Source: Escherichia phage vB_Eco_SLUR76. Taken from it: a stretch of DNA of 60,165 nucleotides. Under the pieces are notes generated by a model. That model made no database searches, was not told the origin of the DNA, and saw nothing but the letters and a program-made list of their open reading frames with translations. The translations under genes and the position numbers were made by a program. The stretch lies in the sequence record LR025195.1. One strand, 5' to 3'. Shown piece by piece: positions 28,636 to 37,909 of the stretch (positions within the stretch are counted from its first letter, which is position 1; every line of letters begins with the position of its first letter).

Positions 28636-29004
28636 TTACATATCTTTCATTTTTTGAAGAGCACAAGTACAAGCTGCGGCAAGATCGGTCAACTCTTTCA
28701 TGATCCCTGCGCGGTCGCCTTCTTTCTTACACTCCATTAATTCGCGGTATTCCATTTCAACAATGGACATCATACCGCCGGGCTTGTCGTGGTACGCCGC
28801 CCACGTATGCGGAGGTTCTTCCATCCGGTCAAGAACATTTGACATAGCTGCCATATGTTCATGATCTCGAGCATAAGAGTGAGCATGTTTATATTCCTCT
28901 TTCTCATGTTCATGGTGGTGCTCACCTACGCTAATGCGAGGTAAAGCAACCTTAGGCAATTTGACCCGTGGCATTCCCATCGTTGCAATTTTAATGTGGC
29001 TCAT
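28636..29004 (-). CDS. His-rich hypothetical protein (possible MazG-like or metal-binding)
   Basis: RBS agaggtag; N-terminal HHHEHEKEEYKHAH. Confidence 0.5.
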   Translation of the reverse strand: MSHIKIATMGMPRVKLPKVALPRISVGEHHHEHEKEEYKHAHSYARDHEHMAAMSNVLDRMEEPPHTWAAYHDKPGGMMSIVEMEYRELMECKKEGDRAGIMKELTDLAAACTCALQKMKDM

Positions 29005-29075
29005 GATACTACCTCTGTTAAAAGCGCCCCAAGCGGAGGAGCGAAAGGCGCTTTAGTTTAACCACACTTCAGCGA

Positions 29076-29783
29076 TTAGCAGCAGCCAGTCGGAGGAGTT
29101 GGAGGAGTTGGCAGTTTAAAGTTAACTAACTGCTCAACCTGATTGATTTTACAGGTAAGGCCAGCCGTCTGCGCCAACTGAGAGTTTGCAAAGCGAGCTT
29201 CCTGCAACTGGGACTTCAGGTCACAGATCAGAACAGCTTGCGCTTGTGCGTGCTGATCGCGCAGGAGAGCACGAGTAGCTTCTGCTTGACGCTCGATGTT
29301 TAGGTTGGTTTCGCAGCAACACTTCTGAGCTTCTAACTGAGCCTGGAAAGAACGGGTAATGTTAGCCGCTTCGTTGCTACACAGAGCCGCGAGCACTTGG
29401 CTGGTGCCGCCCTGGATCTGCGTGTTCAGACCAGCAAAGCCCTGAACGGAAGCGAGTAGGTTTTGAGTGTTCTGCTGAGTAATACCGTTATAGGTAGAAG
29501 CAGCGGAGCGCTCAACAGTCAGGTTAGTACCGTTCTGCCCCTGAATGGTCTGAAGAGTACCGTTGTTGATAGCTTGCAGAATTGCGTTGGTGTCAACAGA
29601 AGCTTGCACTTCCACCGGGCCAGCGAAGTTACCGCGACCACCCCAACCACCATTGCCGCCCCAACCATTACCGATCCAGGAACCAATTAAGCCACCGATC
29701 GCGCCACCGATACCAGCCGCACCAGCTTCACCACCGAAACCGTCGCCACCGAGATTAGTAGGTAAAAGAGTCATGTCAGACAT
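29076..29783 (-). CDS. Glycine-zipper / coiled-coil protein ending in Cys-Cys
   Basis: RBS ggagat; GGAIGGLIGSWIGNGWGGNGGWGG then Q/N-rich coiled coil and terminal GCC. Confidence 0.5.
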   Translation of the reverse strand: MSDMTLLPTNLGGDGFGGEAGAAGIGGAIGGLIGSWIGNGWGGNGGWGGRGNFAGPVEVQASVDTNAILQAINNGTLQTIQGQNGTNLTVERSAASTYNGITQQNTQNLLASVQGFAGLNTQIQGGTSQVLAALCSNEAANITRSFQAQLEAQKCCCETNLNIERQAEATRALLRDQHAQAQAVLICDLKSQLQEARFANSQLAQTAGLTCKINQVEQLVNFKLPTPPTPPTGCC

Positions 29784-29955
29784 AGGAAAATCTCCATATA
29801 TGGATTTGTTAAGCGGATGTAACCAACTGGTTACGAAGTAAAGCATACCCCTTAACATGCTTTTTACAATGATCCAAATGTAAAGATTTTGTAAATTAGG
29901 ATTGACAGTCAATAAAAAGCGCGCCCCGAAGACGCGCTGAGGAAGTTAGATGTGG

Positions 29956-32856
29956 TTATGGTAGTGATTCTTTATTAACAAGCGTCGCAACTAACTTTTT
30001 GAGTTCCTCAACTTCAGTTTCAAGTTTTGTAATGCGGTCATCTGCTTCACGACAAACCTGAACCAGAAGACCGGTTACCGCGGAGTAGTCGACGCTAAGG
30101 TAACGTTTACCAAAATCCAAGGTTATATCATTACCTTCTACGTCCTGACCATCCATATATTCATGCTTTGTGAAACTGCTAACAGCTTCAGGTAGTGCTT
30201 CCATAACTTCCTGAGCAATTACACCAGCATAAGGTAGACCGTTCTCCTTAAGTGTATATGTATAACCATTCATTTTCCGAATTGCTTCAGTAGCTGAACT
30301 TATTACCTGTATGTTATCTTTTAAGTCTCTATCGGATGACTGATTAACTGTAACACAGTTAACAGCACCATTTACTTGAAGTTGTAGGCTGTTATCCGGA
30401 TTCTGTTGACCATAAAAAATCCAAGTATCCGATGCATCCGTGTCGGGGTTTTTTACTTTACATTCAATAACTGTCGGTCTATCGGAGTTACCCCAAGTAT
30501 ACAGTTCAATATTCTTAGCAGAATTTCCGCCAGTTAATATGCGCGTAATTCTACCACCATTAACCACAGATAAATTATTTGTTAATAATCTATTGTTAAA
30601 TGTATTTGGCTGTGTCCATATATTTTCAATATCCAAAGCTGCTAACTGATGCCAGGGTGAATCAGTTTTCGATGCTTGTGGATTATCGGAGAGTAGGAAA
30701 CGGTAGTACATTTTACCATCCGCACCAATCCACGCTTGACCAATCCTTGATGTAGCATAGCATGATTGGAACCCTGCCCCATATGTAGGAACCCATGAAG
30801 GATTTGTTGATCCATCGCTAATAAAGCAATCGCGACCGTCCAGAGGTGTATTGGCTCCAAAAGATGAAGTAAGTAGCTTCAACCATTCGCCATTTGTACT
30901 AGCTTCGATTGTTCTAATAAAAGCATTGTTCCTACGACCTGCTATTTGAAATGCGTAGTTTCCGCTAAAACCTACATGTACACCACCATAAACAACATTT
31001 GTAGAATGTTCAGGACCGTTAACGCCTCCAGCAATCCCGTAGAATTTATTCACGGTATTGATTTGACCGTTCCAATCGGATCCAGTTGCTGATAACAATC
31101 CATTTGGGGAACTAAATGTTCCATCCAGATTAAAGTTAAAAAATTGATGTCTGGCAGCAGATGACATATCACGCACAACAATCTGTCCATTGCTATCTCC
31201 TGCGCGAAGTTCTGTCTGATCCAATGTTATATTTTTTTCAGCATTTGTTCTTCTGCTTATAAAAGATCTACCTTCAGTAGAATCGCTATACCCTATAAAT
31301 CCCTGTGTTGCTTGTATTTTTCCAAGTAATGTGAAACTAGGAATTGACGCAATAAAAGAATCACCTGTAGACAGATTATTTGTTAGTGCAAAGTTTTGTG
31401 AACTTCCTTGTCTAAATGGAGAATTGCTATAGAATCCACTACCACCACCTTCAAAGTTAAGGATGTTTGTAACGTTATTCTCCGTGTCACCTTCAGTTGG
31501 AGCGGACACTCCAAACTTAAAACGAACACCATTAGTACCTAAAACATAGTCTTCAATTGGTACTATGACATTTGCCTTGTAACCAACTTGAATCCTAATT
31601 GGAAAAGCTTTTTTGTGGATATAAAAAGCTATATGATTGCTATAATCCTTTTTAGAACCTTTGACGCAAAGTATTCCAACTTCTTTTGGATCATAAGTTG
31701 CTAGATAACCAAAAGCAGCATCTTTCAAATCTGACCAACCGCCACAACGAATGTATCCAAAGAACGAACTATTATTCATCGGATCGTTTGCTGGTGCACT
31801 TTTAGTGACAATATCAACAGGGCATAGCATGTTCCCATACCCGTTCATATTACCTGTATAGATTATAATAGGATAATATTTTTCATCCTCTGACCCTTCC
31901 GGGGCGTTGATGGTTATGATGTTTGACAAACCACCTTCCGGGATTTGGAGATTGGTCTTAGCGTCTGCTATTGTTAAAGCTCCAGTCCCACCTCTATTGA
32001 CAGGTAAAGGAAGATATCTACTACCAGAGACGTCAAATGCGCCCCAACTTATATTATTTTCAACTATAATTTTTGCATTACGATTTGGAGAGTATAAAGC
32101 TGTCTCTGTGCTTGCTTGCGCTAATCTGTCTACTTGACTATAAAGAACACCTTTCCACCATACAGTTCCAGTTTGAGCGGTCCATTTGTAGCTATAAACA
32201 GTTCCTGTCACATCACCTATAAACAAGCCAATAAAGCCCGGGCTTCCGTCCATAGGGGAAATAAAGCCACCTAGAACGTTATCACTATTAGCAATGCCCG
32301 GATACCCGACGGTTGAACTTCTAAGTATTCTTAAAAAACCCAGGAAGCTAGAAGGATTAACAGTAATATCTGCGACATGTCTTGCGCTGCTAGTTAAGCC
32401 GATAGATGCCTTCATGCCATTAGCGGTGTCTTCTGCCTTTTTAGCAGCAGCTTCTGCTTTAACTCTCTCCTGCTCGGATTTAGTAGCAGAAGTAGATGAA
32501 GCGTTCTTAGCTGTTTCGGCTTGTGAAACTAAATCTCTAACCTGTGCAATAACTTCCGGAGTTAATTCTTCCGGGGCCCATGTGGTTAAATAGTTATTCA
32601 GCGTACCTTCTTTACTGTCCGCGTAAATAGCAATTTCACCAGCTTTATAAGGCTCGCTACCTTGAGGCCCAATAATAACCTTGTAATAGCCTGTCTGGAC
32701 GGTGATGTCATAAGTTCCGGTTGCACTTGTTTTAAAGATAGCTTCGCTGCTGGATAATACGGTAAGACTGTTTCCTTTAGCTAAAAGCGCAACTGTAGCG
32801 TTGATAATTGGTTTGCCCAGTCCATCACGCAAAGTACCATATAAACGAGTTGCCAT
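29956..32856 (-). CDS. Long tail fiber protein with C-terminal S74-type intramolecular chaperone domain
   Basis: 966 aa; C-terminus SDRDLKDNI...GVIAQEV...LSVDYSAVTGLL matches the autoproteolytic chaperone domain of tail fibers; RBS gggaga. Confidence 0.8.
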   Translation of the reverse strand: MATRLYGTLRDGLGKPIINATVALLAKGNSLTVLSSSEAIFKTSATGTYDITVQTGYYKVIIGPQGSEPYKAGEIAIYADSKEGTLNNYLTTWAPEELTPEVIAQVRDLVSQAETAKNASSTSATKSEQERVKAEAAAKKAEDTANGMKASIGLTSSARHVADITVNPSSFLGFLRILRSSTVGYPGIANSDNVLGGFISPMDGSPGFIGLFIGDVTGTVYSYKWTAQTGTVWWKGVLYSQVDRLAQASTETALYSPNRNAKIIVENNISWGAFDVSGSRYLPLPVNRGGTGALTIADAKTNLQIPEGGLSNIITINAPEGSEDEKYYPIIIYTGNMNGYGNMLCPVDIVTKSAPANDPMNNSSFFGYIRCGGWSDLKDAAFGYLATYDPKEVGILCVKGSKKDYSNHIAFYIHKKAFPIRIQVGYKANVIVPIEDYVLGTNGVRFKFGVSAPTEGDTENNVTNILNFEGGGSGFYSNSPFRQGSSQNFALTNNLSTGDSFIASIPSFTLLGKIQATQGFIGYSDSTEGRSFISRRTNAEKNITLDQTELRAGDSNGQIVVRDMSSAARHQFFNFNLDGTFSSPNGLLSATGSDWNGQINTVNKFYGIAGGVNGPEHSTNVVYGGVHVGFSGNYAFQIAGRRNNAFIRTIEASTNGEWLKLLTSSFGANTPLDGRDCFISDGSTNPSWVPTYGAGFQSCYATSRIGQAWIGADGKMYYRFLLSDNPQASKTDSPWHQLAALDIENIWTQPNTFNNRLLTNNLSVVNGGRITRILTGGNSAKNIELYTWGNSDRPTVIECKVKNPDTDASDTWIFYGQQNPDNSLQLQVNGAVNCVTVNQSSDRDLKDNIQVISSATEAIRKMNGYTYTLKENGLPYAGVIAQEVMEALPEAVSSFTKHEYMDGQDVEGNDITLDFGKRYLSVDYSAVTGLLVQVCREADDRITKLETEVEELKKLVATLVNKESLP

Positions 32857-32938
32857 AATATCTCCCACATTTATTTGACTTACTCAACACAACAAGTATA
32901 TTAAAATTGAACCTTGACAACAACACAAAGGAGTCCCG

Positions 32939-33172
32939 ATGAAACACGCTCTAATTATGCTGGCATTATGTTTGTCCCTTACTGCATGTGGTAATGGTTT
33001 AAATACTGGTAAACCTAATTCCGGTGTCGTTCCAAAACCTTTGGATCGCGATGGTAACGGTTCTTTAATTTATGATACCGAAAAGCTTCCAATGACTGGG
33101 CAATGGTGTCATGAAATTGATCACGAATACCGACGAATTGGCTCACCTTCAAACTGTGTGATTGATTATTGA
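32939..33172 (+). CDS. Small outer-membrane lipoprotein, Llp/Cor-like superinfection-exclusion candidate
   Basis: Signal peptide with lipobox LTAC; 77 aa; opposite strand, wedged between receptor-binding tail genes. Confidence 0.55.
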   Translation: MKHALIMLALCLSLTACGNGLNTGKPNSGVVPKPLDRDGNGSLIYDTEKLPMTGQWCHEIDHEYRRIGSPSNCVIDY

Positions 33173-33174
33173 AA

Positions 33175-33203
33175 ATTAACCCCTCGTTTGAGGGGTTAAT
33201 TAT
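33175..33203. terminator. Bidirectional terminator
   Basis: Hairpin aattaacccctc-gttt-gaggggttaatt. Confidence 0.7.
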
Positions 33204-33206
33204 TTA

Positions 33207-36200
33207 TTACGACCAACTACCAGTTCCGCGAGTCATTAATATTACAGATGGGCGCAAGTAGCTCCCATAGACGTTCGTATACTCCTCCTTAACGCTTATT
33301 GTTACGCTCGACGCTGTCTTTCCTTTCACTGCTAAAGGTATGGTTACATCCATGGCAGGACCATTAGCAGCTCGCTCAATCCTCCTTGTAATTGATGTCC
33401 CCCCTATGTTAGCAGTCACAATTATACGACTTGCCTGATTTGATGTATATGCGGTTAAACTATAACTTAATAGCAACACAAAGTCTTTAGATAATGTTGA
33501 ACCAGATGAGTCTTTGAAAGTTTTTGTCCAGGTTCTTGAACTTGTAGTTTGTGTGTTTGGTATTGCAGACTCAGCAATGACACACATATTCGCAACATCA
33601 CCCACAAAACTGGTGGCTTCCACAGTACCCTTGAATTTACCGCTTGTTGCGTTCACTGTACCTGTGAAAGATCCGTTGCTAGCGTATACAGTACCTCTTA
33701 TCGTTACGTTGTTAAACTGAGCGCTACCATTCTTGTTAATCATCCAACCCGCGCTATTGTTAGCGTAGTTTGTTGACTGAATTTGGTTTGCTATCTTAGC
33801 ACTGTCGATAGTACCATTTTCAATAAATGTAGCCTTCATAAACACTTGACCGTTTTTAACGGCAAATGCTAATTCAGCGGCGCTGTTTGTCGGGTTATAG
33901 ATAGCAAAGTTGTTAGCACTTACCATAAAGTAAGACTGAACAGCGCCACCGGAACCCTCCATACCTAGCTGGATACCAGCGACGTATTTTTGTCCTTTAC
34001 TATCAACCTGTACCTTAGCGCCCCATTGAGCGTTAACATTACCTTCCAGATCTACAACTGCTTTACTTGTCTCCTGCACGGTCGCGCTAACCGTTTCAAT
34101 AGTCTTACCTTGAGTGTCAATCAACTTACCCTGTGCGTCGATAAGCTGTCCTTGTTCGTTAATGGTAACGCCCTGATCCTGAACAACACCGTCCAAAGTA
34201 ATAACGCTTTGTTGAACATTGCTAACGCTTTGACTTAAACGCTGTTCAGTTTCTACTACAGTTTGGCTAAGCTGAGTAACTCCATCTTTAACACCTGTGA
34301 TTTCAGTAGTGAGCTCTTTATAAGTCTCCGTCTTCTTGAATTCAGAATCAATTTGTGGCATCAAATCTGTAGCTGTTGTAAAGCACAATGCAGCTACTTC
34401 TACAAATGCAGATGATCCGAAAGCGTTAATGGTGCGGACATACCAGTAATAAGTGTGGTCATTCTTCAAACCTTCCGAAGTCCAGGTTGTGCCCATGCCT
34501 TTACGAGTTGCTTCACGCTCAACAACGTCTGTAGACACAGATGACAATCTTGTTTCACCGGAAGTCCAGAAATCATACTGCGTGCTAACGTTTGCAAGGT
34601 CCGCAGATTTAGGGATTAGGCTTATAGCAAAGTAACCCTGTTGTACTTCAATAGATGTTGGTGGCGGCGGAGCCTGAATATTAAATTCCAGATACGCTTC
34701 AGGCGATATTGCCCCGCTATAAGCTACCGCTTGAACATGCGCTGTATACGCGCCCCGCAGCAACCCAGTAACGCGAACGTTTTGGCCAGGGACTTGTGCG
34801 GTCCAAACCGTTGTACCTCCCTGTCGCACGGCTACGCGGTTATATGCTACCTGCCCAATATTGCTCCACGTTAAAACACCCTGCACAACATCGCTAATCT
34901 GCAATACCTGATACTGAAGGTTTTGCGGTTGAGCAATAGCACCAGACGGAAGGTCTACCAGATCCGGGCGCTCCATTGGCTTACCAATAGCGTCGTCCCA
35001 CATTTCCAGGAAGTCTTGACGAAGGACAAGATTAATCCCACCTTTAGGATCGAATGACCATTTAGTAACGCGCATCTCAACGTTTTTCATTCCGATATTT
35101 GAAATGGTTACGTTGACATACATGCCCGGGCGGAATTTATACCCCTTCATGTTACACGGCACTTCAATTGTTCGACCAACACGCTTACGACGTAAAATAA
35201 TATTAGCAAGACGTTGAGCTTGATATTCACTTGTAACAAAGCGGAAATCCATGTCTTGCGTTATTTCACCGCCATCTTTTTCCACCCATTCCTTAACCAC
35301 AACTGGAGGAAAATCTGCTTCAGCGTATGTTTGCTTCGGGTCGACGAATGTACCTGTAATGGTATTGGTACGCTCTTTATAAGACGTCTCAGGGATTATT
35401 TTGATATCCCCAGCAATGCAGCTTTCATCCAAAGTCATGGTGGCTGGGCCGTAATAAGCACCAACTAACAGACCATGCTTGCCGCCAATATAGGTTAGTT
35501 CCCCACCGCAAGCTTCAAGCATAGCATCAAGAATCTTGGCAGGTGCTTCGTCCACTTCAAACTCACCGTTAATGCGATAGCGTCTTTCCGTAGTGCTATC
35601 TGCGTTAGTAACAAACTCATCGCAGATGTTAGCAGCTTCCTTGAATTGGTCCCAGTTAATATTCTCGTCCTTTCGCTTTAAATACGTGCGGAAATAATCA
35701 AGAATAACAAGAGCAGCGTTATCGCTAAAGACAGTTTGACCGGAACGTGGGTCATAAACTCTACGTCCCTTTTTCAACACCTTGACGTTTGGCAAACCGG
35801 ATGGGAATTTTTCAGCATCAAACTTTAAGCTTAAACGTAGCCATGCAATACCCTTGCCAATCATATCCTCCTTCCAGGAAGGACAATGTTTTAACATGAA
35901 TGGGTCAACAGTCTGACGGTCGTTATGAAACTCCCAAGTAGCGTTTTCACCAAACCAATCAATTCCGTCATCACCCAACCAAATCGTTTCAATACCTTCC
36001 AATTTATGACTGGCAAGAACGACAACAAGATGCATCCATTCACCTTCATCTTGATCTCCAGCTTCTTCCTCCGCAAATGCTAATAGTCCGGACGCTACAG
36101 TCGTGCCATATACAACAGAACGTGACGCTGTAGCTGCACGCAGAACCTGTTTACGCTCTTGCTGCCCCTTGTAAGCATCAAAGTTCATATTTGGTGCCTT

Positions 36201-36329
36201 AGTTAAAAGAGCACCTGCCGCGGTTGCAGCAATACCGATAACGAGAGCGGTAGTAGCCGAAATAATACTAGCCGCAGCAGCAGCCGACGCACCTAAAGCT
36301 ATTGCTGCTCCAATTATTGCTGGTGGCAT
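33207..36329 (-). CDS. Tail tip / central fiber protein (lambda J-like host specificity protein)
   Basis: 1040 aa; position after the tape measure and minor tail genes; RBS ggaggg before ATG (the track start is an upstream TTG). Confidence 0.75.
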   Translation of the reverse strand: MPPAIIGAAIALGASAAAAASIISATTALVIGIAATAAGALLTKAPNMNFDAYKGQQERKQVLRAATASRSVVYGTTVASGLLAFAEEEAGDQDEGEWMHLVVVLASHKLEGIETIWLGDDGIDWFGENATWEFHNDRQTVDPFMLKHCPSWKEDMIGKGIAWLRLSLKFDAEKFPSGLPNVKVLKKGRRVYDPRSGQTVFSDNAALVILDYFRTYLKRKDENINWDQFKEAANICDEFVTNADSTTERRYRINGEFEVDEAPAKILDAMLEACGGELTYIGGKHGLLVGAYYGPATMTLDESCIAGDIKIIPETSYKERTNTITGTFVDPKQTYAEADFPPVVVKEWVEKDGGEITQDMDFRFVTSEYQAQRLANIILRRKRVGRTIEVPCNMKGYKFRPGMYVNVTISNIGMKNVEMRVTKWSFDPKGGINLVLRQDFLEMWDDAIGKPMERPDLVDLPSGAIAQPQNLQYQVLQISDVVQGVLTWSNIGQVAYNRVAVRQGGTTVWTAQVPGQNVRVTGLLRGAYTAHVQAVAYSGAISPEAYLEFNIQAPPPPTSIEVQQGYFAISLIPKSADLANVSTQYDFWTSGETRLSSVSTDVVEREATRKGMGTTWTSEGLKNDHTYYWYVRTINAFGSSAFVEVAALCFTTATDLMPQIDSEFKKTETYKELTTEITGVKDGVTQLSQTVVETEQRLSQSVSNVQQSVITLDGVVQDQGVTINEQGQLIDAQGKLIDTQGKTIETVSATVQETSKAVVDLEGNVNAQWGAKVQVDSKGQKYVAGIQLGMEGSGGAVQSYFMVSANNFAIYNPTNSAAELAFAVKNGQVFMKATFIENGTIDSAKIANQIQSTNYANNSAGWMINKNGSAQFNNVTIRGTVYASNGSFTGTVNATSGKFKGTVEATSFVGDVANMCVIAESAIPNTQTTSSRTWTKTFKDSSGSTLSKDFVLLLSYSLTAYTSNQASRIIVTANIGGTSITRRIERAANGPAMDVTIPLAVKGKTASSVTISVKEEYTNVYGSYLRPSVILMTRGTGSWS

Positions 36330-36745
36330 TAGACCCTCCAAATATCCGTAATTTTGATCTTATTAAGCGGGAATGTTTCCACACCGTTCGGACCCATAGC
36401 CCATACATATCCAGTCCATAATATGCCAGCAGTTAAGCCCAATGCTCCCTCAAATGTAACCACATCGCCTCTTTGCGCATAGTTCTTGTCAACTCGTTCG
36501 CTGAGGTAAGTATCCAATAACAATGGAAGGTAAGCGGTTCCAACTCTTTCAATAGTGAACTTTTTACTTCCAAGCTCGGTACTATATTTTCCAGCAACTT
36601 GTTCGTAGATATTTGTGCCGTATTGCGCATCAACACATTTAGCCGCGAAGGTGCAGCAATCATTTTCACCCCAAGAAAAAGGAGTCGATGACAACTCCTT
36701 TACTGTGGTTAATAAACGTGTCTGCCAGCCCGGCAACTTACTCAT
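36329..36745 (-). CDS. Minor tail / tail assembly protein
   Basis: Start ATG overlaps the upstream stop (ATGAGTAA); tail-module position. Confidence 0.5.
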   Translation of the reverse strand: MSKLPGWQTRLLTTVKELSSTPFSWGENDCCTFAAKCVDAQYGTNIYEQVAGKYSTELGSKKFTIERVGTAYLPLLLDTYLSERVDKNYAQRGDVVTFEGALGLTAGILWTGYVWAMGPNGVETFPLNKIKITDIWRV

Positions 36746-37322
36746 AGGAGAACCCTGGCGCATCTTTCTTACTCCCCCAAAAGATTGAACGTTCAGCCAT
36801 TTGTGCAATGTATCTAAAGAAACGGTCGCCTGGATATAAACGCTGTTGACTTTCATCTGTATAGCGATCCGGTAAACCTTGTGACCAACGCTCAAACACG
36901 TTGGAAATAACATAACTCAAGGCATTCTGTTGACCTGCTTGTAATGCGGTGTCTGTAATAAAACCTTCAAATAAAATATTAGCAGCAATGACATTACCTT
37001 GATCGTTCATCACTGCAATATAGCAAACAACATTACGCCCGATAACTTCTTCGTTTAATGTCTCCCCAACAAGACTCATGTCCAGACCGCTAAGCGCCAT
37101 GGACATTGTGCTGGAGCTAGTGCTGTTTTCCTCAGTCACTGACCCAACGTCCCCAAGAGTACCAACGCCAAGGAAAGTTTGACCATTAATAACAACAACC
37201 CCTGTCCCAGTATGCACACGCGTTACACCAGAAGGAAAGTCAATTTCCGCAGCAAGCACCAGACTAACGTTCGGCTGCTCCATTGCGTTGAGAAGCGTAT
37301 CGCTGAAAGGACTGAATAGCAT
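36738..37322 (-). CDS. Minor tail protein
   Basis: TAATG coupling; tail-module position. Confidence 0.55.
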   Translation of the reverse strand: MLFSPFSDTLLNAMEQPNVSLVLAAEIDFPSGVTRVHTGTGVVVINGQTFLGVGTLGDVGSVTEENSTSSSTMSMALSGLDMSLVGETLNEEVIGRNVVCYIAVMNDQGNVIAANILFEGFITDTALQAGQQNALSYVISNVFERWSQGLPDRYTDESQQRLYPGDRFFRYIAQMAERSIFWGSKKDAPGFSYE

Positions 37323-37906
37323 TAGAACGCCTCCGAGAATTTTAGAGTGAATGAATTATTAAAAGCTGGCTGACGCTTAACCCCGTTAGTATTTTCCGCT
37401 AACCGGAAAGCCCCTTGTGGCTTTTGAGTTTCGATTTTAGCCCCATTCGGTGGAATAGTCCTTAGCATCGGGGCGATATTTAATATCACGTTGCCAGAAG
37501 AATCGCTCCAAGCATCCTCGGTTATTAATTTTAATTCATTGTTTACTGCGATGTAATCCCCTTCCCATAAAACCTTTCTATTAGGTGTCCAACCTTTAGT
37601 TGATAAAGTTGTCCCCGTATTGTTTGCACCGTTAACCACAGGTGATCCAATCGGTGCACGTCCCCAACGACCAAAATCCTGGAGCATGATTCGACCAGCT
37701 TTACCATCAAGCTTAGCTAATGTTGATTCAAGCTTTCTGGATTGCCAGTCATTTAAATTACTAAATGTCAACGTTGCTTCCCATCGTGATCCAGGATAGG
37801 ACACAGTTTGGGAAGCCCCATTGAAGGGGCTTGTAAATTCTACAGAGTTTGAAACTAGATACCATTCCATCTCAGACGGTCTAATTTCTTCGGGCCAAGT
37901 GAGCAT
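37322..37906 (-). CDS. Minor tail protein (distal tail candidate)
   Basis: Immediately downstream of the tape measure gene. Confidence 0.55.
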   Translation of the reverse strand: MLTWPEEIRPSEMEWYLVSNSVEFTSPFNGASQTVSYPGSRWEATLTFSNLNDWQSRKLESTLAKLDGKAGRIMLQDFGRWGRAPIGSPVVNGANNTGTTLSTKGWTPNRKVLWEGDYIAVNNELKLITEDAWSDSSGNVILNIAPMLRTIPPNGAKIETQKPQGAFRLAENTNGVKRQPAFNNSFTLKFSEAF

Positions 37907-37909
37907 ATA

